41,408 bases of DNA from a virus, in the UHGV virus genome UHGV-1354657; one strand, 5' to 3'. Made by a program: the position numbers and the translations under genes. The first letter of the stretch is position 1. Every line of letters begins with the position of its first letter. The notes below the pieces were generated by a model. That model was not told the origin of the DNA, made no database searches, and saw only the letters and a list, made by a program, of their open reading frames with translations. This document shows positions 14,514-24,840 of this stretch, piece by piece.

Positions 14514-15122
14514 GTGGGTAGTAAGAAGCCAGCTAACCCAATCAAAGACAAGCGCATGGCCTTAAATATTCAGGAATATTTGAAAGAAAAGAGTATTAGA
14601 AATTATGTATTATTTGTTCTAGGAATAGGTACTGGCTATAGGGCTGGGGATTTGGTTAAACTCCAGGTAAGAGATGTTAGAAAAGCACTAGACGAAGGTT
14701 ATTTCTTGATAATGGAGAGTAAGAAAGAAAAGACTAAAAACATAAGGAAGAAGAATAGGAAGCCTAGAAAAGCTCCGATAATTCCTAACTTAGAGAAGGT
14801 ACTCAAAAGTTATATAAAGGACAAAAAAGATTATGAATATATGTTCCCATCCAGGCAAAAGTCTGTTACTCCATATATAGGTGTTGAGAGAGTAACAGTA
14901 ATACTGAAAGAGGCTGGTAGGCACTTTGGGCTTAAACATATAACAGCACATAGTATGCGTAAAACATATGCTCATACTATATACGAAGAGAGTGGGTTTG
15001 ACATTATAATGGTCAAGGAAATGCTTGGACATTCTAGCATAGAAGAAACTAAGGTATATCTAGGTCTTAATGAAGAACAATATCAAGAATATAGCATGTT
15101 TTTAAATGACCTAATAGGGTGA
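14514..15122 (+). CDS. Small (202 aa) tyrosine recombinase of the catalytic-domain-only FimB/FimE / RecV-like class
   Basis: GYRAGDL (box I Arg); HSMRKTYA (HxxR); LGHSSIEETKVYL (His...Tyr). It lacks the N-terminal arm- and core-binding domains of phage integrases. GTG start with AAGAAGGTGA. Confidence 0.75.
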   Translation: MGSKKPANPIKDKRMALNIQEYLKEKSIRNYVLFVLGIGTGYRAGDLVKLQVRDVRKALDEGYFLIMESKKEKTKNIRKKNRKPRKAPIIPNLEKVLKSYIKDKKDYEYMFPSRQKSVTPYIGVERVTVILKEAGRHFGLKHITAHSMRKTYAHTIYEESGFDIIMVKEMLGHSSIEETKVYLGLNEEQYQEYSMFLNDLIG

Positions 15123-15618
15123 TTTTTTTATTTTGTCTTTTTGAATGTTGGAAAAATAAAGACCTGCATGTTCAATGTATTTTTTTCGCTATATATAAAG
15201 TAGGAAAAGAAAAAAGTGAATGTCTGATTCTCTAAGAAAACCCCATATTCGTTAAAATAGGCGTTAGCCATTATAAATACTGGGATAGAAGCTATTTAAC
15301 GTTAAAATGGCTATGGCGAAGCTTAGAAGCTAATACGAACTATAATGCTAAAATGAGAAAAATAAAATACTATGCTAATGTTGTAATTAGAGAATGAAAA
15401 AAGAGTTTGATGCAACAAAAACTACAAAATTCACAAGCAAACAATTCAATTACACCCTTTTACAAGAGTAATGACAATACTTATAAGTACTTTTGATTCA
15501 TTTAAAAAAATTCACCGTATTCAAAACTGTACGGTATTGACTACGATTTGATTATGTAGTAAAATGAACATATAGAAGGTAGTCATAACTAATGGTCAAA
15601 AGTAAGGGGTGTATTTTT
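15123..15618. promoter_or_regulatory. About 500-bp non-coding spacer between the two recombinase genes (candidate res/recombination site plus resolvase promoter)
   Basis: Promoter TTGACT-17-TAAAAT (15537-15565). IR ACCGTA-N11-TACGGT. Direct repeats CGTTAAAATRGC. IR TAGCCATT/AATGGCTA. Confidence 0.4.
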
Positions 15619-16188
15619 ATGATATTTGGGTATTGTCGGGTAAGTAGTAAAGTACAAATTGATAATAATAGTTTAGAACAGCAGGAGCAGGAAATAAAAA
15701 GACATTATAGTGATGCTAAAATATTTAGGGAACAACATACAGGGTCAACCACGCACAGACCTATTTTTGAGGAAATGGTTAAGCAAATGCGTGATGGTGA
15801 TAAATTAGTTGTAACTAAATTGGATAGACTTGCAAGAAATGCAACAGAAGGTATTAATCTTATACAAAATTTATTTGATAGTGGTATTTCTGTTCATGTG
15901 CTTAATGTTGGGCTTTTAGAAAATACTACTCTTGGCAAGTTTTTTATAACAACCTTGCTTGCAGTTGCAGAAATGGAAAGGAATCTAATTTTAGAACGAA
16001 CTTTTGCAGGTAAGGAGATAGCAAAGCAAAATCCTAATTTCCGGGAAGGTAGACCTAAAAAATATACTAAGATGCAAATGGAACATGCTTTAGAGTTATT
16101 AAAAACTAATTCTTATACGCAAGTAGAGAGAATGACAGGGATTAGTAAGAGTACATTACAAAGAGCAAAGCGAAAACAAGAAGACTAG
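15619..16188 (+). CDS. Small serine recombinase (resolvase/invertase family)
   Basis: N-terminus [10 protein letters not shown] with the catalytic Ser; C-terminal [20 protein letters not shown] at 15619 after GGGGTG. Confidence 0.85.
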   Translation: MIFGYCRVSSKVQIDNNSLEQQEQEIKRHYSDAKIFREQHTGSTTHRPIFEEMVKQMRDGDKLVVTKLDRLARNATEGINLIQNLFDSGISVHVLNVGLLENTTLGKFFITTLLAVAEMERNLILERTFAGKEIAKQNPNFREGRPKKYTKMQMEHALELLKTNSYTQVERMTGISKSTLQRAKRKQED

Positions 16189-16216
16189 GTACTTAGTCTT
16201 TTTTTATTGAAAGGAG

Positions 16217-16924
16217 TTGATTTGTATTTCGATAAAAAATTCCAATCGAGAAAAAGCGTTTGAGATTTACAAGGAGAAAAATGGGAGAATAAAATTAATT
16301 GATATCTCTAAAATGTTAGAAGAAAAAAGTTGCAATATTAGTCGTTGGAAAAAAATTGATAGATGGGATTATAGACTTGGAATAAATAAGAAAGTTGGCG
16401 CACCAGCCGGCAACCAAAATGCTTTAGGGCATGAAGGAGGCGCACCAGCGAATAATCAAAATGCTAGAACTCATGGATTTTTCTCTAAGCTTTTGCCTGC
16501 TAGAACTTACGAGATTGTTAAATATATCGAGAAGGATGGTGGCAATTCTTTAGACATTCTCTGGAACAGTATAGTAGTTCAGTATGCGAAAATATTAGAT
16601 TCTTTTAAGATTACCCATGTCAAAAATAAAAAAGACCATACAACTGACATTAAGAAAAATGGTAATAAAATTAAAGAGTATGAAATTCAACACTCTTGGG
16701 ATAAAGTTACAAATGCTATGAAGGCAGAGGCGACAGCATTTAAAGCTTTGTCCAAAATGATAAAAGACTATGAAGAACTGCTTCATAAGAATTGGGATTT
16801 AGCAACAGAAGAACAAAAAAGCAGAATAGAAAATATAAAAGCGAGAACAAATAAGTTGACTGGAAATAATTTAGAAATAGAGGATATAGAAGAGATAGAG
16901 GCAGAAATTTATGGCAGTAACTAA
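16217..16924 (+). CDS. terS: Terminase small subunit
   Basis: Repeated GAPAGNQNALGHEGGAPANNQNARTHG motifs characteristic of Firmicutes-phage TerS; overlaps the terL start. The start codon is uncertain. Confidence 0.65.
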   Translation: MICISIKNSNREKAFEIYKEKNGRIKLIDISKMLEEKSCNISRWKKIDRWDYRLGINKKVGAPAGNQNALGHEGGAPANNQNARTHGFFSKLLPARTYEIVKYIEKDGGNSLDILWNSIVVQYAKILDSFKITHVKNKKDHTTDIKKNGNKIKEYEIQHSWDKVTNAMKAEATAFKALSKMIKDYEELLHKNWDLATEEQKSRIENIKARTNKLTGNNLEIEDIEEIEAEIYGSN

Positions 16925-18233
16925 GAAGAAAACTATACCTTTTCGATTTGGAGATAAACATAAGGAATATATTAGACGTTGCGCTAGTAACACATATAAT
17001 ATAGCCGAAGGTGCTGTAAGAGCAGGTAAGACGGTTGACAATGTGTTTGCTTTTGCACATGAAATAAAAACGTCTAAGGATAAGATACATCTAGCGACAG
17101 GGTCTACAAGTGCAAATGCAAAGTTGAATATTGGAGACGCTAATGGCTTTGGACTTGAATATATTTTTCGTGGTCAATGTCATTGGGGTAAATTTAAAGG
17201 CAATGAATGTTTATACATAAAAGGTATTTCAACTAAGCATAAGCAAAAGATTGTTATTTTTGCTGGAGGGGCTAAGGCTGATAGTTATAAGAAAATAAGG
17301 GGTAACTCGTATGGCATGTGGATAGCAACAGAGATAAATCTGCACCATGATAATACTATCAAAGAAGCTTTTAATAGAATTATAGCATCAACCAACCGTA
17401 AAATATTCTGGGATTTAAATCCCGATAATCCTAATTCAGCAATTTATAAAGAGTATATTGACAGCTATATGGAAAAAGATAAGAAGGGGACTTTACTGGG
17501 TGGATATAACTATCAGCATTTTACTATACATGATAATATAACAGTATCAGATGAGAGAAAGCGGGCGATTATATCTCAATATGACGAGGGCAGTATTTGG
17601 TACAAGAGAGATATACTAGGTCAGCGCTGTGTAGCAGAGGGGCTTATATATGAATACTTTGCTAATAATAAAGAACAGTTTAAGACTGAAACAGTTGACC
17701 CGCTTATGGACGTTATTATTGGAGTGGATTTTGGGGGTAACAAATCATATCATGCCTTTGTCGCAACTGGAATTACTTATAACTATAAAAAAGTAATAGC
17801 TCTTGCAAGTGAAAGACCTAGTGCAGATACCAGTCCAGACGAGTTGAATGCTTTACTTATAAACTTTATAAAAAGGGTAATAAATCTGTATGGTAAAGTA
17901 GATTATGTTTATTGCGATAGTGCTGAACAGGTATTAATACGAGGCATTAAAAATGCAGTAGAAAAAGAAAATTTAAATGTTAGTGTTAGAAATGCTTTAA
18001 AGAGTGCTATTAACGATAGAATAAGACTTACAGACTTATTAATTAGTCAAGGTAAGTTTGAGTATACAAGGTATAGTGAGACTCTTGTTAATGCCTTATG
18101 TAGTGCCGTGTGGGACAGTAAAGAACTTAATGAGGATATACGACTTGATGATGGTTCTAGTGATATAGATAGTTTAGACGCTTTTGAATATACGATAGAG
18201 AGAAATTTAAAAAGATTCATAAGGGGGGACTAA
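16911..18233 (+). CDS. terL: Terminase large subunit
   Basis: Walker A GAVRAGKT; typical size; overlaps terS. Confidence 0.85.
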   Translation: MAVTKKKTIPFRFGDKHKEYIRRCASNTYNIAEGAVRAGKTVDNVFAFAHEIKTSKDKIHLATGSTSANAKLNIGDANGFGLEYIFRGQCHWGKFKGNECLYIKGISTKHKQKIVIFAGGAKADSYKKIRGNSYGMWIATEINLHHDNTIKEAFNRIIASTNRKIFWDLNPDNPNSAIYKEYIDSYMEKDKKGTLLGGYNYQHFTIHDNITVSDERKRAIISQYDEGSIWYKRDILGQRCVAEGLIYEYFANNKEQFKTETVDPLMDVIIGVDFGGNKSYHAFVATGITYNYKKVIALASERPSADTSPDELNALLINFIKRVINLYGKVDYVYCDSAEQVLIRGIKNAVEKENLNVSVRNALKSAINDRIRLTDLLISQGKFEYTRYSETLVNALCSAVWDSKELNEDIRLDDGSSDIDSLDAFEYTIERNLKRFIRGD

Positions 18234-19646
18234 ATGTTTGAAGGATTGAAAAATGTTGTAAGGGGGGTGATTAACAAGTTGTTTAATAAGAGTTCTATAC
18301 AAAATGAATTAAAGGTAGATATAGCTGTTAGTGATAAGATGTCAAGAGCTATTGATTTATGGATGTCTATGTATAAGAATAAATCACCTTGGATAAATGA
18401 AATAACTAAAAGTTTAAATTTATCTGCTACAATTTCAAGTGAAGTTGCAAGACTTGTTACCCTTGAACTTGAAAGTGAAGTAGTCGGGAATGACTTTTTA
18501 AATGAACAATATCAAGATGTATTGAAAGATATAAGAAAGTATTGTGAGTATGCTTGTGGGGTTGGTGGGCTGGTATTTAAACCATATGTAAGCGGAGACA
18601 AAATAGAAGTTGATTATGTGCAGGCAAGTAATTTTTTTCCTGTTGAATATAGTTCTACAGGTGATATTACATCAGCTATTTTTTCAGAAATAAAAGTTAA
18701 AGGTGATATTAAATATACTAGGTTAGAGTATCATAATTGGACTTCTACTTCTTATACTATCTCTAATTACGCATATAAGAGTAATACCGCAAAATTAATT
18801 GGCTATTCAGATGATTTAGGGAAGAGGATTAAATTAAGTGATGTTCCCGAATGGGCAGAGCTTTCAGAAGAGTTAGTGTTAGAAGGAATTGAAAGACCTT
18901 TATTTGCATACTTTAAAATCCCACAAGCTAATAGTTTAGAAAACTCATCACCTCTGGGTGTTTCTGTTTTTTCAAGAGCAGTTGACTTAATAAAAGAGGC
19001 TGATAAGCAATATTCGAGGATTTTGTGGGAGTATGAGGCTACAGAGATAGCAATTGATGCAGATTCTAGTATGTTCAGAAGAAACGCAAATGGAGAATAT
19101 GAAGTTCCGCATGGCAAGAAACGACTGTACAGGATGTTAGAAATGGAGGATGGAGACAATAAATGGAATGTGTTTTCACCAGCCATAAGGGATTCGAGTC
19201 TTTACGCTGGGCTTAATCAATTACTAAGAAAAATAGAGTTCAATTGTGGATTGTCATACGGGATTATATCAGATGCACAAGAGATTGAAAAAACAGCAAC
19301 AGAAATAAAAACTAGTAAGCAACGTTTATACTCTACTGTTAAGGATATACAAAAGTCTTTAGAGGATGCCCTAGAGGGATTAATTTATTCTATAGATAAG
19401 TGGTCTATTTTGGCAGGATTTACTCCTAGTTTGAAGTATGAAACGACTTTTAATTGGGACGATAGCGTAATAATAGACAAAGATTCTGAACTCTTAGCAA
19501 TGCAACAAGATGTCGCATCTGGACTAATTAGACCCGAGTTATATATTGCAAAAAAATATGGAGTCACAGAGGATGAGGCTTTGAAAATGATGCCCGACAC
19601 TGGGGAATTAGTAGAGGATAATCCTTTTGACAAGGGTGGTATGTAG
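18234..19646 (+). CDS. Portal protein
   Basis: 470 aa, directly after terL (the stop of terL abuts the portal start). Confidence 0.7.
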   Translation: MFEGLKNVVRGVINKLFNKSSIQNELKVDIAVSDKMSRAIDLWMSMYKNKSPWINEITKSLNLSATISSEVARLVTLELESEVVGNDFLNEQYQDVLKDIRKYCEYACGVGGLVFKPYVSGDKIEVDYVQASNFFPVEYSSTGDITSAIFSEIKVKGDIKYTRLEYHNWTSTSYTISNYAYKSNTAKLIGYSDDLGKRIKLSDVPEWAELSEELVLEGIERPLFAYFKIPQANSLENSSPLGVSVFSRAVDLIKEADKQYSRILWEYEATEIAIDADSSMFRRNANGEYEVPHGKKRLYRMLEMEDGDNKWNVFSPAIRDSSLYAGLNQLLRKIEFNCGLSYGIISDAQEIEKTATEIKTSKQRLYSTVKDIQKSLEDALEGLIYSIDKWSILAGFTPSLKYETTFNWDDSVIIDKDSELLAMQQDVASGLIRPELYIAKKYGVTEDEALKMMPDTGELVEDNPFDKGGM

Positions 19647-20870
19647 ATGTTAACACCTAATGAGTTACAAGAAATTCCTAAGTATTTTGTTAGTTTATTT
19701 CAATCTTTAGAGGACTTTGTAATAGCAGATATTGCAAGACGTATAGCAAAAGTTGGGAACATTACAGATATGGCAGAGTGGCAGTTAATAAGAGCGGAAG
19801 AGGTTGGAATTGCTGATAAAGTTATTAAAAGGAAAATTGCTGAAACACTTGGTATTTCTTTTGAGACAGTTGACAAGTTATTTGAAGAAAGTGCTATAAA
19901 ATCTATTGAAAGTGATAGTGCTTTATATGAACATGCTAAATTAACACCGATACACTTGAATAGTTCTGAAGAACTTAAGAACTATGTTTCTTCAGCTAAA
20001 GAACAAACGAAGGGTAAACTGAAGAATATGACAGGTACATTAGGATTTTGCACTATTAAAAAAGGTAGAGTTATTAGTAAGAAACTTACAGACATATATA
20101 TAGAGTCTTTAGACTTAGCGCAATTTCAAGTCAGTACAGGAGTCTTGGATTATAAGACAGCAGTTAAAAAAGCAGTTAAGAGGCTTGCAGATAGTGGTTT
20201 AAGGTTTATAGACTATGAGACTGGTTGGACAAATAGAATAGATGTTGCAACTAGAAGGGCTGTGCTGACTGGTGTTAATCAGATGTCACAGAATATTAAC
20301 AATAAAGTTATAGACGATTTAGATACTGATATAGTAGAAGTTACAGCGCACTCAGGGGCAAGGTGCGAGGGTGCAGGCATTAAAAATCATAAGAAATGGC
20401 AGGGCAAATGGTATAGTTTAAGTGGTAAAAGTACGAAATACCCTTCTTTAAGGGCTGTTACAGGCTGGGGACAGGGTGATGGATTAGGAGGTTGGAACTG
20501 TTCGCATCAATTTCATGCAGTTGTACCTGGTATCTCTGTTCCTGCTTACACTAAAGAGCAATTAAAAAATATAGACCCTCCCGATATTGGATATAAGGGG
20601 CGAACTTATACGCATTATCAAGCGTTGCAGTATCAGCGCAAAATTGAAACAGCTATGAGGCAGACTAAGAGACAACTAATTGCTTACGAGTCTGCTGGTC
20701 TTAAAGATGAGTTTACAAATGCAAGTATAAAGTTGCAAAGACAGAAGCAAGAATATAGAGAGTTTAGTAAGGTTGCTAAATTGAGGTTGCAGAATGATAG
20801 ACACCAGGTGTTAGGATATAATAAGAGCATCAGCCAAAAGGCTGTTTATGCTGGCAAAAAGGAGAAGTAA
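19647..20870 (+). CDS. Head morphogenesis protein (Mu gpF / SPP1 gp7-like)
   Basis: Position after the portal; conserved Cys/His cluster GGWNCSHQFH near the C-terminus. Confidence 0.65.
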   Translation: MLTPNELQEIPKYFVSLFQSLEDFVIADIARRIAKVGNITDMAEWQLIRAEEVGIADKVIKRKIAETLGISFETVDKLFEESAIKSIESDSALYEHAKLTPIHLNSSEELKNYVSSAKEQTKGKLKNMTGTLGFCTIKKGRVISKKLTDIYIESLDLAQFQVSTGVLDYKTAVKKAVKRLADSGLRFIDYETGWTNRIDVATRRAVLTGVNQMSQNINNKVIDDLDTDIVEVTAHSGARCEGAGIKNHKKWQGKWYSLSGKSTKYPSLRAVTGWGQGDGLGGWNCSHQFHAVVPGISVPAYTKEQLKNIDPPDIGYKGRTYTHYQALQYQRKIETAMRQTKRQLIAYESAGLKDEFTNASIKLQRQKQEYREFSKVAKLRLQNDRHQVLGYNKSISQKAVYAGKKEK

Positions 20871-20871
20871 A

Positions 20872-21198
20872 ATGGATGTTGATATATTAGGTGCTAAATA
20901 TACTATAGTAAAAGATTGCACAAAAGATAAAGAGCCTTTATTGGCTAAATTTGATGGTTTTATGGATGATACTGTAAACAAGATTGTAATTGCTAAAATG
21001 GAGCATTCAGATGAAAGTTTAAAGGATTTAAACTTTTATGAAAAACAAGTTCTTAGACATGAAGTTATACATGCTTTTTTATCTGAAAGCGGGTTAAAGA
21101 GTAATAGCGATTGGGCTAGAAACGAGGAAATGGTTGACTATTTTGCAATACAATTTCCTAAAATGTTAAAAGTGTTTATGAAATTAGACGCTTTATAA
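20872..21198 (+). CDS. Small HEXXH (zincin-like) protein
   Basis: LRHEVIHAFLSE; ATG at 20872 after AAAAAGGAGAAG. Confidence 0.5.
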   Translation: MDVDILGAKYTIVKDCTKDKEPLLAKFDGFMDDTVNKIVIAKMEHSDESLKDLNFYEKQVLRHEVIHAFLSESGLKSNSDWARNEEMVDYFAIQFPKMLKVFMKLDAL

Positions 21199-21214
21199 AA
21201 AAGGAGTGATTTAA

Positions 21215-21496
21215 ATGGGGAAATATAGAAAGAAACCAGTTGTTATTGAGGCTTTTAAATGGCTAGGAAGTGCAGAACAAAAGGAAGAACCGACATGGAT
21301 AGTTAGGGCTATTGAAAGTGGTAATGTTTGGATTGAACAAAGCCTAGGGGAATTATCTCCACGCATGTATATAAGGACACTTGAAGGTATACACGAGGCT
21401 AATGTAGGTGATTACATTATCCAAGGAATAAAGGGGGAATTGTATCCATGCAAGGCTGATATATTTAGAGAAACATATGAAGAAGTCTTATATTAA
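21215..21496 (+). CDS. Hypothetical protein
   Basis: RBS AAAAGGAGTGA; 93 aa. Confidence 0.55.
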   Translation: MGKYRKKPVVIEAFKWLGSAEQKEEPTWIVRAIESGNVWIEQSLGELSPRMYIRTLEGIHEANVGDYIIQGIKGELYPCKADIFRETYEEVLY

Positions 21497-21627
21497 TAAG
21501 GCTTATTTTTATGCTTAAAAATACTTAATTCATTTATATAGATGTCTACTAAGCGACGTAAAAAGTTAGACAATATGTGATGCTACCACGTAAAAAGCGT
21601 AATTGTAAACGAAAGCAGGAGGTTTTT

Positions 21628-22200
21628 ATGAAAAGAGAGTTTTTGAAAGATTTAAATTTAGAGGACGAGGTTATAGAAAAAATCATGTCCGAGAATGGGA
21701 GGGATATAGAAAAGTATAAAAAAGAAGTAGAAAAGAAAAAAGAAGAATTGGAAAGTAAAAATACTGAACTCGAAACAGCTAATAATAAAATTAAAGACTT
21801 AGAAAAAATAGATGTTGAGAGTATAAAAAAAGAGGTTGACGACTGGAAGAGTAAAGCCGAACAGGCTCAAAAAGATAAGGAATTGATTGAAAATCAAATG
21901 TCAGAGCAGACTTATAATTTAAACTTAGATAATTATTTAAGTAATTTCAAGTTTTCTAGCAATCTCTCAAAAGAGGCTGTAAAAATAAAAATGAAAGAAA
22001 AAGGACTTGAATATAAGGACGGGGCTTTTGAGGGAGCAGATGATTATATAAAAGAATTGCAGGCGAATGACCCAGGGGCTTTTATAAGTGGCAATAGTGT
22101 TCCAAAGGTTGTTAGTTCTAGCAGTGGAGATGCTGGAGAGTCTAAAGTAAGTTTAATGGAACAAATGATAGCAAAAAATAGAGAAATGTTGAACATATAG
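21628..22200 (+). CDS. Scaffolding protein (phage minor structural protein GP20-like)
   Basis: MKREFLKDLNLEDEVIEKIMSENGRDIE... followed by an E/K-rich coiled coil. ATG at 21628 after GCAGGAGG. Confidence 0.7.
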   Translation: MKREFLKDLNLEDEVIEKIMSENGRDIEKYKKEVEKKKEELESKNTELETANNKIKDLEKIDVESIKKEVDDWKSKAEQAQKDKELIENQMSEQTYNLNLDNYLSNFKFSSNLSKEAVKIKMKEKGLEYKDGAFEGADDYIKELQANDPGAFISGNSVPKVVSSSSGDAGESKVSLMEQMIAKNREMLNI

Positions 22201-22210
22201 GAGGTAGAAA

Positions 22211-23284
22211 ATGAGTTTATTTGATTCAAAAATTTTTAATGGAGAAGTGTTTGGAAAGTACGTTGAGACTGTACCTAATCTAAATAGGGACGAATTAATA
22301 AAGTCTGGAGCAATAAGAAGAAGGGGCGATTTAAAGGCTATGTTTTCAGCCCAATCGGGAGCAAATTATGCAACTATTCCAATGCTTGGCTTGATTGATG
22401 GCGACCCAGTCAATTACGACGGACAAACGGATATAGTAGCAACTACAACAAAGACCTTTTCGCAGTCTGTAATTGTTGTTGGTAGAGCTAAATCGTGGGC
22501 GGAAAAAGACTTTAGCCAGGACGTAACCGGCGGAGTTCCTTTTATGGAGAATGTAGGAAATCAAGTTGCTAAATATTGGGATAATATAGACCAAAAAACT
22601 TTGTTAGCTGTTTTGGAAGGTATTTTCGCAATGACAGGGGCGAAAAATTTAGAATTTGTTAACAATCATACTTTTGATATAACAAAAGAAACAGAAGCAG
22701 AAAATCAAAAGGTTAAAGCTGAAACTCTTAATAGTGCAACTCAAAAAGCGTGTGGAGATAATAAAGAAAAATTTGCACTTGTTATAATGCACAGTGTTAT
22801 ATCAACTAACTTAGAAAATTTAAATCTTGTTGCTAGGTTAAAATATACTGACCCACAAGGTATTCAAAGAGAAATGAAGTTAGGAACTTGGGGTGGCAAA
22901 TTAGTCTTAATTGATGACAATATGCCAACTAGAGAGGTCGCTGAAAGTTCAGAGGGTTCAAATGATGGATACACAGAGTATACGACATATGTGCTTGGGG
23001 AAAATTCTATTGACTTCGAGGATGTTGGTACAAAAGTCACATATGAAATGGATAGAGTTCCAGGCAAAAATGGTGGAGAAGATTACTTATATAGTAGACA
23101 AAGAAAAGTATTTGCGCCATATGGTATTAGCTTTACTAAAAAAGCAGTTGCAACAGCATCTCCAACTGATGCAGAACTGAAAAACGGAGCAAATTGGGAG
23201 CTTGTGAATGATAGTTCGAATGGGTCTAAAACTTATATAAACCATAAGGCTATACCTATCGCTAGAATTATTTCGAGAGGGTAG
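22211..23284 (+). CDS. Major capsid protein
   Basis: 357 aa, immediately after the scaffold; RBS GGAGGT. Confidence 0.7.
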   Translation: MSLFDSKIFNGEVFGKYVETVPNLNRDELIKSGAIRRRGDLKAMFSAQSGANYATIPMLGLIDGDPVNYDGQTDIVATTTKTFSQSVIVVGRAKSWAEKDFSQDVTGGVPFMENVGNQVAKYWDNIDQKTLLAVLEGIFAMTGAKNLEFVNNHTFDITKETEAENQKVKAETLNSATQKACGDNKEKFALVIMHSVISTNLENLNLVARLKYTDPQGIQREMKLGTWGGKLVLIDDNMPTREVAESSEGSNDGYTEYTTYVLGENSIDFEDVGTKVTYEMDRVPGKNGGEDYLYSRQRKVFAPYGISFTKKAVATASPTDAELKNGANWELVNDSSNGSKTYINHKAIPIARIISRG

Positions 23285-23287
23285 GCT

Positions 23288-23620
23288 ATGAATATGTATA
23301 TAGACTATGAATTTTATAGCACTCTTGGGGGAGAAATCCCACAGGACAAATTTAATAAATATGCAATAAGAGCAACTAAGTATATAGATTATAATACTTT
23401 TAATAGAATAGAAGAAGTTACAGAAGAAATAAAAATAGCCGCTTGTGAGATTGCTGACCTCATATATAAAAGTAACCTGGAAGGCGACAAAGAAATTCAG
23501 TCTGAAAGTATTGGAAGTCATTCAGTGACTTATTCAGCTAACAATAAAACGATAGAGCAAAAGGCATATGATATTTTAAAAATGTATTTAGATTCAGATT
23601 TGTTGTATCGAGGTGTTTAG
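23288..23620 (+). CDS. Head-tail connector protein (putative)
   Basis: Position in the head-tail joining block. Confidence 0.4.
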   Translation: MNMYIDYEFYSTLGGEIPQDKFNKYAIRATKYIDYNTFNRIEEVTEEIKIAACEIADLIYKSNLEGDKEIQSESIGSHSVTYSANNKTIEQKAYDILKMYLDSDLLYRGV

Positions 23621-24056
23621 CGTGTTTTTTAAAGATAATATAACTTTATATAATAAATATTATGATAAGTACTCTGACAAAACTTTATACAAGAGGGCTT
23701 ATTTAATTGGAGTAGATTATCAAGGTTCTAAAAATATAGCTGTTACAGATAAGGGGTTGTTAAGTGCTGATAGTGTTAAGGTTATAGTTCCCTTTTCTGC
23801 AAATGCAAGAGGGAAGAAATATATAGACCCTTTCAAATATTATGAATTAGATGAAATCGAAAAGGAAAAATTTTATACTTTCAAGGTTGGCGATATTATT
23901 GTAAAAGAGGTCGTAGACTTTGAAATAACTAGCGTTAAGCCTTATACATTAAGAGAATTACAAAGTAAATTTGATGATGTCAGTATTATAAAATCAGTCA
24001 TTAAATGTGATTTTGGGAGCATAAGAATGCGACATATAGAGTTGGAGGCAGAATGA
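23613..24056 (+). CDS. Head-tail joining protein (putative)
   Basis: Position. Confidence 0.4.
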   Translation: MFSVFFKDNITLYNKYYDKYSDKTLYKRAYLIGVDYQGSKNIAVTDKGLLSADSVKVIVPFSANARGKKYIDPFKYYELDEIEKEKFYTFKVGDIIVKEVVDFEITSVKPYTLRELQSKFDDVSIIKSVIKCDFGSIRMRHIELEAE

Positions 24057-24062
24057 TATGGG

Positions 24063-24410
24063 ATGAATGTACACGTAGATATTGACGTTGCTAGAATAAT
24101 GAGAGAGCGGGGTCTTGAAAGAGGCGGGAAGGCACAAAAATTTTTTACCCATGAAGTTAGAAGGCTTTCAGACTCTTATGTCCCTAAACAAAGTGGAACG
24201 TTGAAAAATACAGCTAGAGAAGAAGTTGACAAGATAAAGTATATACAGCCTTACGCTAAAATACATTACTATAATAATTCTGGGCGTGGTTCAGAAGGTA
24301 TGGGGGCAGGAGGCAAAAGAGGCAAGTATTGGGATAAAAGAATGTTAGCAGACAATAAAGATGAGTTGACAAGGTCTGTTGCTAGGTTTATTGGAGGTAG
24401 TAGAGAGTGA
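24063..24410 (+). CDS. Minor capsid / tail completion protein (putative)
   Basis: Position. Confidence 0.4.
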   Translation: MNVHVDIDVARIMRERGLERGGKAQKFFTHEVRRLSDSYVPKQSGTLKNTAREEVDKIKYIQPYAKIHYYNNSGRGSEGMGAGGKRGKYWDKRMLADNKDELTRSVARFIGGSRE

Positions 24411-24838
24411 CTATAGTTGAAAGCGTTAGAGAGTTTATAAAAAAATGCCCCCACTTAGATGAATTTGCAAAAAGTATAAATGTTGAATTTTTAGCGGAGG
24501 AATTTACTTCTTATACAATTGAGACTGTTCCAGCTGAAACGATTGTAAAAAAATTTGTAAATGGTGATGCAATAAAACAATTTGTTTTTATATTTGCAAG
24601 TAGAGAGTCTTATGGGTCTGATGTTATGCAGAATATAGAAAATAGCCAGTTTTACGAACAATTTGCGGACTGGATATATAGAGAAAATTTAAATGGCAAT
24701 TTACCTGTTTTAGATGGAAATAAAGAGTCTATGTCACTAGAGGTAAGTACTACAGGTTATCCAGTTCAAACAAGTATAGACACAGCACAATATCAAATAC
24801 AATTAAAACTAAAATATTTTGAAAAAGGAGAAATATAA
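24407..24838 (+). CDS. Tail terminator-like protein (putative)
   Basis: Position upstream of the major tail gene. Confidence 0.4.
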   Translation: MTIVESVREFIKKCPHLDEFAKSINVEFLAEEFTSYTIETVPAETIVKKFVNGDAIKQFVFIFASRESYGSDVMQNIENSQFYEQFADWIYRENLNGNLPVLDGNKESMSLEVSTTGYPVQTSIDTAQYQIQLKLKYFEKGEI

Positions 24839-24840
24839 AA

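Noticed and set aside
14514-15122. Classical phage integrase with an attP
   Set aside because: The protein is only 202 aa and is catalytic-domain-only. It lacks the arm- and core-binding domains, and no tRNA-like or core-type att sequence is evident. It fits better as an invertase/resolvase-type enzyme.
15240-15340. Possible tRNA or structured RNA in the recombinase spacer
   Set aside because: No cloverleaf can be drawn: no T-loop GTTCRANYC, no 7-bp acceptor stem. Only short IRs, better explained as recombinase or regulator sites.
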